Source of the DNA: Chrysomallon squamiferum
Taxonomy: Eukaryota; Animalia; Mollusca
DNA length: 64,000 nt
Assembly (NCBI GenBank): GCA_012295275.1
Contig: CM022665.1
Span: 7,626,001-7,690,000 of the forward strand
Reading direction: 5' to 3'
The notes beneath the pieces were generated by a model, which was given only the letters and a program-made list of their open reading frames with translations, searched no databases and had not been told where the DNA came from. Both the position numbers and the translations under genes were made by a program. This document shows, in pieces, positions 38,144-51,300 of this stretch (the stretch's first letter is position 1; each line of letters opens with the position of its first letter).

Positions 38144-41100
38144 AATATAAAGAAATATTTAACAGGAACAACAACAACAACAACAAAAACAATAATGACA
38201 ACAACAGCAACACTAATAATAATAATAATAATAAATAAAATTTAAACTACGATATATTCATCTTTTCTTATTTGATTTTTCAGTGAACATGTTTTTTGCG
38301 TGGGGGTGGGGTGATGCTTAAATAATAGATCTTAGCTGTTATTGTAATTTAGAATGTCATTGAAATGCAGGAATCTTCCCTGTTATTACCAACTGTTTGG
38401 TTAACATCGTTTGAATCTGTGAGAAACCATTTGTCAGCTTAAAGTATAATAAGAGAGCAGAGCGTAATTTCGTTGACGCATCACAGCAGAAAACGTCCGC
38501 TGCAAGAAAATAATTTCAACAAAGAGAATAGATAATGGCTTTTTTCTATGCCTCCATGACAGTTAATTGCAGCGAGATTAGGCCTGCTTGCCACGGTATG
38601 CTGCGGTGCTCCCGATATCCTGGACAAATTAGCGAGACAAGAAGACACCGGTGTTCAAAATGGTTCACTTCGAGATACTGTCATTTGTCTTCTTAAATAG
38701 AAACTTTTTACTAATTTGTCCTTATATCCGATACCGGAACAGGGGAATAGAATGACTCAGATTTTTTCTCGCTTCTTCGTGTAATTACAAAGGACTAAAG
38801 GAAAATAAATGATTCAATAAATTCCCTTGGTTAAGTTCTTGTAATACTTTTTTTTTTTTTTTTTTTTTTGTGGGGGGCTCTTTCTTTCTTTTTCTTTTTT
38901 AAATTTCTGAATCTATCATTCCAGCTTGAAATTAGATGGTTATATTTAGTTTCTTTGTTTATTACATCATAATTTTCATTACACACAAATGCACACATAC
39001 ACATGCGCAGCGCACAATACACCCACTAGGACGCACGTATGCAAAAGGCGAACTAATTTGATTATCTGATAAATTATAACAGCCTAATGGTTAGCACAGA
39101 TTTACTTTTGCCCGAAAAGTCGAGTCTTCAAACACAGAATGACAACTAAGCCGACGTAAAACGAATTCACATCAGATAATCTTGTCACAAATATCTGCAG
39201 TCAATTATAGTGGAAATTAAAAAGTCAAGATAACTTTCTTTATTTTTATTTCGGTCAGTATATCATAACCGTAATCCAGTTATAATAACGGGTTGTTTTT
39301 AATGACTCTTTGTATGTATGTAAGTAGGTAGGTAACTAGGTAGGTATGAAGGAAGATAGAAAGGTATATATGTGTTGTTGTTGTTGTTGCCGATGTTGAT
39401 GTCGTGTAGCGGAAATCAATGCAATAAACATTTGATTACAAGATGAGTAACAGAGTTTGCACCTGCTTCTCTATCACAGGCAAAATCTAAAGAAATCGAA
39501 AGTGTGTGATGTTTTTCATCACTCTGTTTAATAAAAAAAATGTGATTAATCATGCTATCAGGCGCTACAATATTAATACTAATCTTCAGTATCTTCATTG
39601 CTGAATTAAAATGTTCTCTCTCTGTAGATAAAACAATCTGATAAACGAGAGTTTAATAGAAAATGAAAACTTTGCACTTACCTATTTTAATTTCCTCCGG
39701 CAGACATCGCACACACTGCAGCAGGGAGAGGCATAGCAGGAAGTACGTAGCCAGCCTCCTCCTATGCCGGTGGGTCATGTTATAATCCTCAGGTGACGTT
39801 TTGTCTGTGTCCGTCCGTACTTAGTTCCTTGCGACATCTAGTACACACACCTCCAGAACAAGGTGATCATAAAAAGCATATTATTTATTAATATTAATTT
39901 TTTTTTTTTTTTTTTAAATAAAATAGATATATATTTTTTTTCTTTTCATTCACTGTATCCTCGGAAAAAAACTTGCAGCTACAAGTAATTCACAGTATAT
40001 CCTTTTAAAAAACCACAGCAACTTTGATCCATTCTTGAAGATTTTTCTCACTGTGCCTTCAAAGAATCTCTTGCCATCACTTATAACAGTGGAAATAATG
40101 TTGGATTAGATCCAGCGACTTGACAGCGGCATATCTAAAAGGACAATAAAACCATAATTAATTGATTCGCCAAAGTAAGCGAAGCGGTGCGGCTGTGCCA
40201 CTGTTGCGACTCGCTGAACCATTCGCAGATGAGAGAAGTAAAGCATGCTTCCTCGATCGTAGTTGGACGCTGCTACGCTAATAGGGCGAGTCCATTGAAG
40301 CGATTGGCAAACGCACCTTGTTACAGCAATTAGCACACGTGTAATATGTAAATATGTTAACCGACTGTTAACAGGGAATATTAGAACAGATACATTAAAA
40401 AAAAAAAAAAACGGTGCCCTATCTATGATTTACGATTTAGAATTATAGATCGTCTTGAAAAGTCGCCATGCTTTACAGTTTACAGCGACGCGTTTTGTCA
40501 GAGCTGGGAAATGTAATTATTCTCTTCCCTGGTTGCGGCCAGAAGCGTTTACTTTACTGTGATCAGCGTAATTATATGGATGCGTGCGTTTGTGCGTGGC
40601 ATCGTTCACATCTGTGTGTATATTTATACGTGAAAGAAAAGAATAAAAAAATGAATAATACTAATATCATCATCATTATCATCATCATCATTACTGTTTT
40701 TATTATCATTATAGCAGTCATTATAAGAAAAGGATAAAGAAGTAAAGAATGAAAACAAAATAAAGAAACATAAACTCGTAACGGGAATGAAACGGTTATA
40801 TATTCCAAACTATATTCTAACGATAACGACTGCAACACAGACACACAGCGCCACAGACACACAGCGGGTGTGCACAATGTGCTGGAATGTGGTGGCTGGA
40901 TATGCAGGTATCTTGAAGTGCGATTGAATGTCACTGCGCGACAAATGGAGGTTATTGGAAATTTTGGAAGCTCTTTTCAAAACAAGCGCTAGTTCGCGCA
41001 TCCGGAACCAAATAGACTGAATTCTTCCGTGGGTTTTGTCTGTGTGTTACCTGCCCGTGCTGCTCGGGCTAGCAGAAGAGAGAATGGCTTCAGAAAACGT

Positions 41101-41312
41101 GATATTCATTCTTCAGATGGTAAACATTTGCGAGCGCTTTTTACGACTTAAAACTTACATAATGTCTTACGTTAAAAAACAATACGTAATTGTCTGTTTA
41201 TTCATCCATCCATCTGTCTGCATAGCTTCTTTTTTTTTTTTCTTTTTTTTTTCAATGTTATTTGTTATTTTTGTTATTCTTATTTATAATTGCTTCAGTT
41301 TTTAATTTTTAA

Positions 41313-41379
<67 letters not shown>

Positions 41380-43272
41380 ATGTTTACACATCCTTAAACT
41401 CGAAATATTATTCTGATGGATATATGGGAACACATTTCCTGTATAATACTAATGAGAAGAAGAAAAAGAAAAAATAGTCCTTAGATAATAATTCTTCGTC
41501 TTGTTGTTGTTAAAAGGAATAAACGGGCGAACAGAGTGCGCTTAGATGAAGATTACAAATTTAAGACAATATTTACAACAACAAAATGTTTGAGTGGAAC
41601 ACGTACTCGCTACGAAGCGTGACATTTAACACATTATCCTCATAGCAGCTCTGCTAATAAAATAAAAGTAATTTTTCAACCATTCTCAACACCTCTGGGA
41701 CTTTCAGCAGAATATGACATTTTGCGAAAACCTTGGACTCGTTTTTCTTTGTTAGAAAGTTTTCATCAGCAGAGATGTATATTGGTGCTGCTAATGACAA
41801 AGTCGACTTTAAGGCTTGTATTTAATCTCACTTGTCACAATGTTCGTTCAAATTTGCACTGAGGGTCTCGGAGAGTTCAAATTTGAATGATACTGTTTCT
41901 TTTAATGATATAATATTGCCTGTTATTATTGCTTAATCGCGGTAGCATGTTGCATGTTTCGTGTAAAAAAATAATAATAATAAGTAGAAGAGAATAAAAG
42001 AAATCTGCTTGCGTTTCTTATTGATCGTAATCATTTCGGAATAATTTTATTTTCTTCTTCTTTTTTTTTTTTTTTTTTTTTTTTTTCGAATCATTATTTA
42101 TAATTGCATTTTAAATTTTGCTAATCTTCCGAAAAGATGGAAAAAATAGAAGAAAACTGTACTTAAATATAAAATATATATATATATAACATTAATTTCC
42201 TAATTAATTTAATTAAATTAATCTTATCAGTGTGTTTTAAAGTTAATAACCATCACCAGTGTAATTTGTGACTGATGTTTTAATGTCTAATTTTAAGCTG
42301 TAAAGTAAATATCAGTTATTAACTAATGATATCCCTCTTAATTAAAACTTTAAAAACATAAATCTGCTATACATTTTCCGGAGAAGACAGACTTAGTCTT
42401 CAGAACGGGCATACTTGGAAATTTCAGAAAAAAAAACCCTAGTCAAGCATGATCCACAGCCAACGGATAGATCAGAAAAAGAATCAGCATTTTAGGTCTG
42501 CATGGAGATATGAAAATCTAATGGATCATGTCAAAACATTCTGCAGAATTTACACAGAACGCTTCCCTCTTTGCTATCACTATCACAGAAAAGGCCATCA
42601 GTTGAATGGATGCCACATAAAACAAAAGAGACCGAAATTGTGCGGGCATATCCAAATCTGGCGATCGAGAAGGTGCTGAGAATAACATAATTATTCTCTA
42701 TGCAGGGTCACAGTCAGAAATCAGGGAATCTGTTTTCTGTTGCGTACAGGTTCTGGAATACAAAGCAACCTTTCGAGACTGCTGTTACTATATATTTCGA
42801 AGAAGTCTTTACCTCCTCTCTCTTTTACTCCAAACACTGATCCCATCTACTGTAACACTAACCAGAACATCCCTGACAAAATAATTTGACAACAAGGTGG
42901 GTAAACTAGTCACAAGCTGATGAAGAAAGCTGTATTAATATTTTATAATGTCGCCGACAAGAGGAAAGAACGATTACTGCAATATAATAAAACAAAATCA
43001 ATATTTAAAAATCAAATCAGCACGGTTATACTTGTCTCAAGGCACAATTAATTTCTCTCTGTTCCTTTTTTTTTTTTTTTTTTTTTTTTTTTTCTTCTGC
43101 TTCTTTGCCTTATTCAGTCGATTGCAATGGTGCATCGCTGGTGTTATTTATTTAAAACATTTATATTTTCTATCTAATTGGAAACGGATGACGCTCAGTG
43201 GGTGATGTCAAAATGAAAACAGTAAATTTCACGAACAGAGTTTGTTTTAGGGTGTACGAAAATGGCATGAAT

Positions 43273-43428
<156 letters not shown>

Positions 43429-43627
43429 TTAAAGGCTGGGAAATGTTATATTTTTTATGTGGTAAAAGTAAGTGAATAGATTTCCCATGATGGCAAGTTA
43501 TAAGACACGCCAAATTGTCTTATTTAGAAGACAAAAACGCGTATTTTGGTTTCTTATTAAACTATATCATCATCATCACATCATAATTACTGTTATTACT
43601 TTTATTATAATTACTACTGTTATTATT

Positions 43628-43659
<32 letters not shown>

Positions 43660-43800
43660 TATTTCTTTCTTTCTTTCTTTCTTTATTTATTTATTTACTT
43701 GCAGTTCTATTAAATTTTATTTATACTGAATTTTTTTCTTTCATCTTATAATTATTCTCAAAGGACATTATTCGGTCTCATATAATTATAAATTACTGTG

Positions 43801-43861
43801 TGATATGAAGTGCATACCACTTAGGAGACGACTTTCAATTATTTCAATGCACTTCATATCA
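43801..43861. repeat. Perfect 15-bp inverted repeat with 31-nt spacer
   Basis: TGATATGAAGTGCAT (43801-43815) and ATGCACTTCATATCA (43847-43861) are exact reverse complements. Confidence 0.9.
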
Positions 43862-46095
43862 GCGAATTAAGTATTAACTTTTAAAAAATCAGCAGCAATT
43901 TATACTTGTTCTATTATTTCTGTAATTTGTTAATTTTAATTTAATTTTTTGTTTTAATTTGTTTATTTATCATCATGATATTTCTAATTATCATTCTTCT
44001 TTTTTCTTCTTCTTCTTCTTCTTCTTACCATCATCATCATCATTATCATTATTTAATGAAAAAAAAAAAATAGAAATGAAGAAAGAAAATATGTTATGGA
44101 TTTAAATATTAAATTCGTGACTGATAACTATAAACAGTTTATACAGACTTTTTGTTAACATTTAACTGTTAAAATATCGATGGCACCAAGGGAGATTAAC
44201 ATTAAAATGTGCTGTGGGCTTGAGTTCCCATGTTTACCGTGTTTCCGTGATTATAGACAGTTATACCGCGTTTTAGCGAAAACCCATCAACACAGAAACA
44301 CTAAAATTTGATGGAAAGAAATCAGAAGTAATGAATTATTTCTTTTTCATGGTTACGTTTTATTTATTTATTTATTCATTTATTTATTTATTTATTTGTT
44401 TGTTTATTTATTGATAATGATGATGATAACGCTGATGTGGCAATAATAAATATACGTTGCCATTAATTCTAATATATACTTTTCTATTTACTTACATATC
44501 TATATCTGTGTATACAGAAGTCAAGCGTGGAAATTTTTTTTTTTTTTTTTTTGTATCTTTTTTCTTTAACACAGACAGAACTTCATTACTTAAATAACTG
44601 TCTCAAACTCAAGACGTATTGGACTGGGATAATAGTGAAATATACAAAGATTATCTTGTCCTAAGAGAAAAATTAATTTCCTTGCTTTTGGACTCGGGCG
44701 TTGTCCTAATGTCTTGAAAACGCTTGTAATCCTAATACAAAAGTGTACAAAGCTTTATATGAGAATGAAAGCCAAAATGTGCCCGCTGATAATTCTCCAA
44801 TACCTTTTTTCATTTTAACTCTATAACTGTCACTGTCTAAATACCGAAGCTTTCTTGAATTGTGATTAATGTTGTACTGAAATGATGTCCAAGGTTTGCT
44901 GACTGATTTTTTTTTTTTTTTTTTGCAAACAAAAGTGTCTGCCCCAAACCAGCTATTTTAGATTTATAACGACGCTTATATAGAACTGAACAAAAAGAGT
45001 ATTATTATTATGTGTGGATATTTTTGGTTTAGTCTGTAATTAGTTGTTTATCGTTGATTCTCAATTTCGCTCTCTCTCTCTCTATATATATAGTATTATA
45101 TATACAAACATTCATAATTGATATTCAAGTCTTTTAACAATTTTAATCTCTATTTCAATCTCTCCCCACCCTCTGTTCCACTATTCTTCTGTGCTGTTTT
45201 CTTACTCTCCTATTCACCGCCAAACGGCAATAACCTCAACTGACTGATGGGCCCCAGACATCCTTTTCACACCGAAACTGTCACCAGTCCTCTCGATTAA
45301 CATTAAAATATTTATCATATATTGATGTTACGAAGTTATCCGTTACTAAAACCGCAGTTTTGCACCAAGACATCAATAGTGAATGAGTGTTTTCCAATTG
45401 TCTGCAAACTACAGCAAGAAGATAGTCCCATCCAACCGTGTGTCCGTATTGGTAACTCTAGAACCTGATCAGTAACACGTCACTGTATTTCTATCTCAGC
45501 GCAATGAAGCATCACTCGGATTGTGGTGGGTTTATTTAACTTCATTGTTATGAATGCAGGTTACTTATAAATCGTGAATGATCAAATGGTGATGGCTAAA
45601 TCGTTTTATTACGACAGAATTGTAAGTTATCAGTTCTGTTCAGTAATACGTTACGTACTTTTCCTCTGGCACAAGAACTGTGCTTTAATTTACAATTTGT
45701 TTTCTGTATAACCAGTAAAATGTTATAAATTCTGCATTTTACAACCATATCAGATGCCTTAATATAACTGGCTTTTTCATTTATGGGACACCTTCATGCA
45801 TTTAACTTAGAGATTAATTTTTTTCTTCTTTCTTTCTTTCTTGATTTAGTTATCTGGAACACGATTCGGCTTTTCACTTTCCTCGAACTCCGAACTTGTT
45901 TTTTTTGGCGTGTTTATAAGTATTATTCTTCTGACGTAAAAACGTTCATAGTGTATTTACTAAAACGTTATTTCTGATGTATTCTTTTCTAAACATTTTA
46001 TTTCAATCATTCTGATACCGGGCCTGTTAAAAAGTATTTGTTAATGTAACGGCTTTTGATAACTAGTAATAACCACGATAAATTGTAGAATAATG

Positions 46096-46288
46096 CTGTG
46101 ACGTCATTACAAATCAAATTACGTTGCGGATCATTGTAATGACGTAGTCAAGTACTGTAATTACGTAGTTAATATTGCTATGGCGCTGCATATCCCTGTA
46201 ACTGTGCTGCAACGCATTTTTATGACGTCTAGAATAACTAACTGTAATGACGTTGGGATCACTGTAATGACGTCGTGGATCACTACAG
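46096..46288. repeat. Degenerate ~21-bp minisatellite (consensus ~GGATCACTGTAATGACGTNG)
   Basis: ACGT cores at 46101, 46121, 46142, 46163, 46225, 46250 and 46270; the last two units share ACTGTAATGACGT...GGATCACT. Confidence 0.8.
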
Positions 46289-48049
46289 TTGTTTGTTTTA
46301 CTGTCGATACACAAACATCTATATAACTAGAAGAAACATTCTAGGTTGTATCAGTAGAAATACTGATCGGGATGGGGGTCCATCGTGCCATTGAGAAAAT
46401 CGTTATCATTTCTGAGAGTAATGAAAGGAAATTATTGAAATGTAACTCTATAGCAAGGAGGAATAGTTTGTGGGAAAGACGAGAAGAAAAAGCAATTTCT
46501 CACTACATTGATTTCTGGTACTTTTTTTTTTTTTCTCTCTCTCCTTTTTCTTAAAGTTTCACATAAAGGAAAACGATGCTTTTGAATATAAAATGACCAA
46601 AACAGTTACAAAGTGGATACTTTTTTACCCATTTTATTACTACTACTACTACTACTACTACTACTATTACTATTACTATTATTATTATTTTCTTAAGGGA
46701 AAATGTAAAATAATAATAAAAACACTGATATGGAATGGAAAAGAGCAAAGAGATGCAAAATACACACGATATTTTGAAAGTGAAAAATATATCGACGAAA
46801 TGGCCTCTGGGATTGCTTTATAATGGGCTGGTATCTGTTTTCTGGTTATAGTCTTTGCGTAATGAGTTTCATTTTCTAAGAAACATTATTGAAATTTTCA
46901 AATACTTTAAATATCATATTAAAATATGAACAGCAAATATCTTTAGTTTAAATACGTTATGATGAAAAGAATTTACTGAAAATAAAAGTAAATTTTCTTT
47001 CCGTGTAAATAGCTTTTAATGACGAAAAAAAGTTAAAAAAATCAAAATGATTTGTTTCAAGAAATAGAACAATTCATCGTAATGTCCATTAAAAATTTTG
47101 AGATAATTTTAAACATATTTTGTAAGAGGCAGCCTATGAACTTATTTTTTAATAATTTTATTTTTTTTTTTTTTTACATTTTTGTTTGTTTTTTTGTGCA
47201 ATTTGTAAACTACAGCCTTTATTTGGAATTGATTTCTGATAGTATTTATTATCTGCGTATGTATATCGATGGAAGGATGGACCGAAGGACGAGCAAACGA
47301 ATAGACGGATAAATGGAGGCAGTCGTGTCTTTGTTCGTCTGTGTACGGCAATGGCAGACTGAAATCATAGGGTTTTGAGACCAAAATCTGCTCTAAACAT
47401 TTCTCAAATGAAACTGTCAAAAATAGTTACAAGTGACATTGTAGTAGCTGTGACTCTGTATTCTTTAAACAATTCGTTACACAATTATTTTTTTTTTAAT
47501 CCTTATTCATTTTGTTGTTTCTCAATGGTATTCGAAAAACGATTCGTTAACTTTTCTTTTGTAAATTCCTCCCTTCTTTCACTTTGACTGAAAAGTATAA
47601 TACGATTAAACAGAACGATCTCTTTAGTGTGATATCGGAAGAATCTGTGGCTTTTTATTCCACTGGAAACTTCTTAAAGTCCGGCTGAGTTCGCTAAAGG
47701 TTCCTCTAATTGCTCTTGAATCCTTTCATTGATTGCTTTTTTTTTTTTTTTTTTTTGCTTCGTCAGAAAGAGACAGCTTCCATTGCGACTCTTGTACTCA
47801 CTTTAATAACAGTTGCGTTACGGTTAAGTTAATATATTTTTTTAAAATTAGTTTTTAATTTTTTTTTTTTTTCTCTCTCGATTTTTTAAATTTTACTTTT
47901 AATTTCATACGCGGGTAAATGGTTTAAGTAGCCACCAGTTCTATTTTATAATATTATTCTCATATTTGTTCTTTGTGATGACATTCGGTTTAAAAAATAA
48001 ATATATGGAACACGTTCTTTCAGATAAGTTTGGTTTCCCCCTGATTTTA

Positions 48050-48346
48050 TTGTTGTTGTTTTTGCTGTTGCTATTATTATTATTGGTAGTAGTAGTAGTA
48101 GAAATAGTAGTAACATTAGTAGCAGTAGTGGTAGTAGTTTCAGTAGTAGTAGTAGTAGTAGTTTAGTAGTAGTAGTAGTAGTAGTAGTAGTAGGAGCAGT
48201 AGCAGTAGTAATAGTGTAGTATTAGAGGTAATAGTGCTGGTAGCATCAGGAGAAGTAGTAGTTATGGCGGTGGTGGTAGTAGCAACTGTTGTAGTAGTAA
48301 TAGCAAAAACAACAGTAGTTGGAGTAACGGTAGTCGTAGTAGTAGT
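48050..48346. repeat. Compound (TTG)/(TTA)/(GTA/GCA)n microsatellite
   Basis: Read directly; similar decayed (GTA/GCA)n tracts at ~53770-53935 and ~54450-54550. Confidence 0.95.
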
Positions 48347-51300
48347 TCAGAACTGGCGGCTTATATTTACTTTTCACAAAATGTTTATATTATTATTATT
48401 ATTTAAAATGTTTACATAAAAATTTAATCACAGTTTTTAGGTCATTCTGCGTCTGCTAAATACTTTTTTAAAAATGATAGTTAACCTTGAGCAAGAACAA
48501 CAGTATATCGTAAAGAACTCGTGCAACTGTCATTAAGCGAGTAATCGATTATAAATGTGCATTTTTTAAACGGTTTATGTCATTTGTGTTGTGTTTTCCT
48601 TTTCGTCTAAAAAAAGTATTTAATATATATATATATATATTATCTACACTAAATGATTTGTAACAAATGATATACATATACATAAATACATAAATAGACA
48701 GACAGACAGACAGACAGATAGATAAATAGACAGACAGATAGATAGATAGATATATGTGGTAGGAAAGACATACGTAAATGGGAATTAATAAGTAAATCAT
48801 GCTTTCAGTATTCAAGTAATTTTGTCACTTTTCTCATTAATAAGATATCAAATAATAACAATTTCTTGGACAACTCGCTACAGCAGTATAATGAGGTTTT
48901 AATGAACGCTCGCTTAATCCGCATAGTATTTGGTGAAGCGCAATGGGGAAATAACTCAGGCAAACTTCGATTGTCAATAATTAATGGCCATTATGAATAT
49001 GACAACTAATTGGCATTTGTTTACTTGCCATACTGCCCTTAGTAACTGTTGTGTGTGCAGAAACTTACAAGAGAAGAAAAAAAAAAATTGAAAAGGTTGT
49101 TGAATGAAAAAGAGTTGTTAAAATATAAATCAGACTGAAATAAAGAAATGAAGTTTCAAATGTTAACTGGTGATTCAACCACTGAAGCAAAAGGCTAATT
49201 TTGTGAAGAAATATATATATATATATATATACTGACAAAAAAAAAGGAGATGTTATTTAAAAAAGAAAAAATAGTAAATTAAAAGAAAAGAATAGAATAA
49301 GAAAAAGAAATGTAGAAAGAGAAATAGACACCCCAAAAGATAGATAAACAGATAAGCAGACAAAGAGGCAGACAGGTAGATAGTTTTGTAGACAGACAGA
49401 TACTTTAAGGAAGATAAATAACAGATAATAATGAGATTTAGTCCAAATCTTGAAAAGCAGATTATTTTCAAACTTGTTGAAAGCAATTGCTGTTATGCAT
49501 TCACTGAATGTGTATTTAACTCCGAATCATTTTAAACCACCATCTGATGTATTAAAGTACATTTTCTTTTTCTTTTTAGTCTTAGATATATATACATTGA
49601 CCTCATCTTCGACATAAAAAGAAAATCTGTGTTCCAGAATGTGAACATACATCAGCGACATTATTACATTATCTCCAGACCCCAATAATCGAATACCGCT
49701 TGGTTTCACTTCAGCCAAATCACACGGACTTTTTCTTCATAAACAAACGCTTTATTGTTTTCCAATGTCAGCCTGTTTGGAAAATAAATTTCACTATTCC
49801 AGCTCGTAACATTACAGAATCGTCAGTTTTCAAGATGACTATTTTTGCATGATGGCATTCCAGAGTATGATGTATTCACCAAGACGAATGGAAATGTAAA
49901 ATAAAGCTCATTGTGAGAAAGTTCTTTGATTTGGAGATCTATCTCACAACGTTTCACGCAGCCGATTACGAGTGTTGTCATTTGTCGTTAAACGACTGAC
50001 AGCGCTTATTTGACTCAAGCAAAATTATTGTTTTCGGCTTCCTAGATATTATAAACGGATAGCTAAATCTGTATTTCTACAAACTGAAATCATTAATGCA
50101 TATTAATATGAGTTCGAAATTATTTTTTTTAGTATATTTTGATATTCGTTCAAATTTAGAGCAGGTTGCATTTCAGAGGTTAGATCCCTGGTCGTGAACC
50201 ACAGAATGAATCCTTCTCAGAACTCACTCTGGACTAAGTCACTTTTCAACCAATGTCTTATGAACAGTTTGTCATAAACATGTCTGTCTTCATGTATTAT
50301 GCAATTTCACCGAAATGTTGACGTTTTCTTATCACTTGACCGAAGGTTATTTATTATTTTTTTTCTTTAGCTTTCATTATTCTTTTCATAAAAATGCACA
50401 TTCCCTTAATGAAACTTCTGTAACCCATTTCACAGTAGCAACAAAAAAAACCCACCACATACTCATAATATTACAGAGTATTAAAATTTTTGTTTATCAA
50501 GAATATATATATATATATATTTTTTTAATTAAATGACAGGTGCTATGGGCTTGCCTCTGAGCTTTTCTCTCGAGGCAGTTTTATCACGAGTCGTACGTGT
50601 AATTAGAGAAAGCGCCTCGAGATGATAGCTTTAATACTAAGGATCAAGCGAACCAGAGAATGACTAGTCATTTTGTAAAGGACAAATTATTATAACAAGC
50701 CAGATGACTCTAATTGTGGTGAGGATATTGGAAAGACAATCATTTTCTTATCTCTGCTGGTGGCTGTTTTCCTGTGCTGTTGTGAGAACAGATGGACAAC
50801 ATTATCTTATCACGTGTCTCAGTCTCGGAACGAAACAGAAGATGTAGGTATTATTAGAACGGGAGTGAACGGGAATTTAGTGCACACTGTCTCTGCTTGT
50901 GCTTCGTGTTTTCAGAATGTGGTCGTTTATTGTTAACCGTTTCGTCATCGTTGTTGTCGTTATCGGTAATCAGTAAAACTGTATGTTTTTGTTTGTTCCG
51001 ATGCTGTTTTACTTGTTGTTATTGTTATCTTACTAATACAAAATTAACGATAGATTTAACTGTGGCAGTAGCTGCAGCATTAGCGATTTTGGTTATAATG
51101 AAAACAGTTGTGAGTTTTATTCAGTGATACGTTTAAAAATATTCAGGAGATTTAGTTCTTGGACCAGAAAAGGTCCAACCAAAAGAACATAATAAAAAAG
51201 AAGAAAATAAAATAAAAATTTCATTACACGAAGAGAACTATTAACTTGGACCCTAACATTATCTACTAAACAAGACATCGACGATTTTGTCAACAGGACT

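Noticed and set aside
46096-46288. CRISPR-like repeat-spacer array
   Set aside because: Period ~21 bp, degenerate units, no unique spacers of CRISPR length, no cas genes, eukaryotic context.
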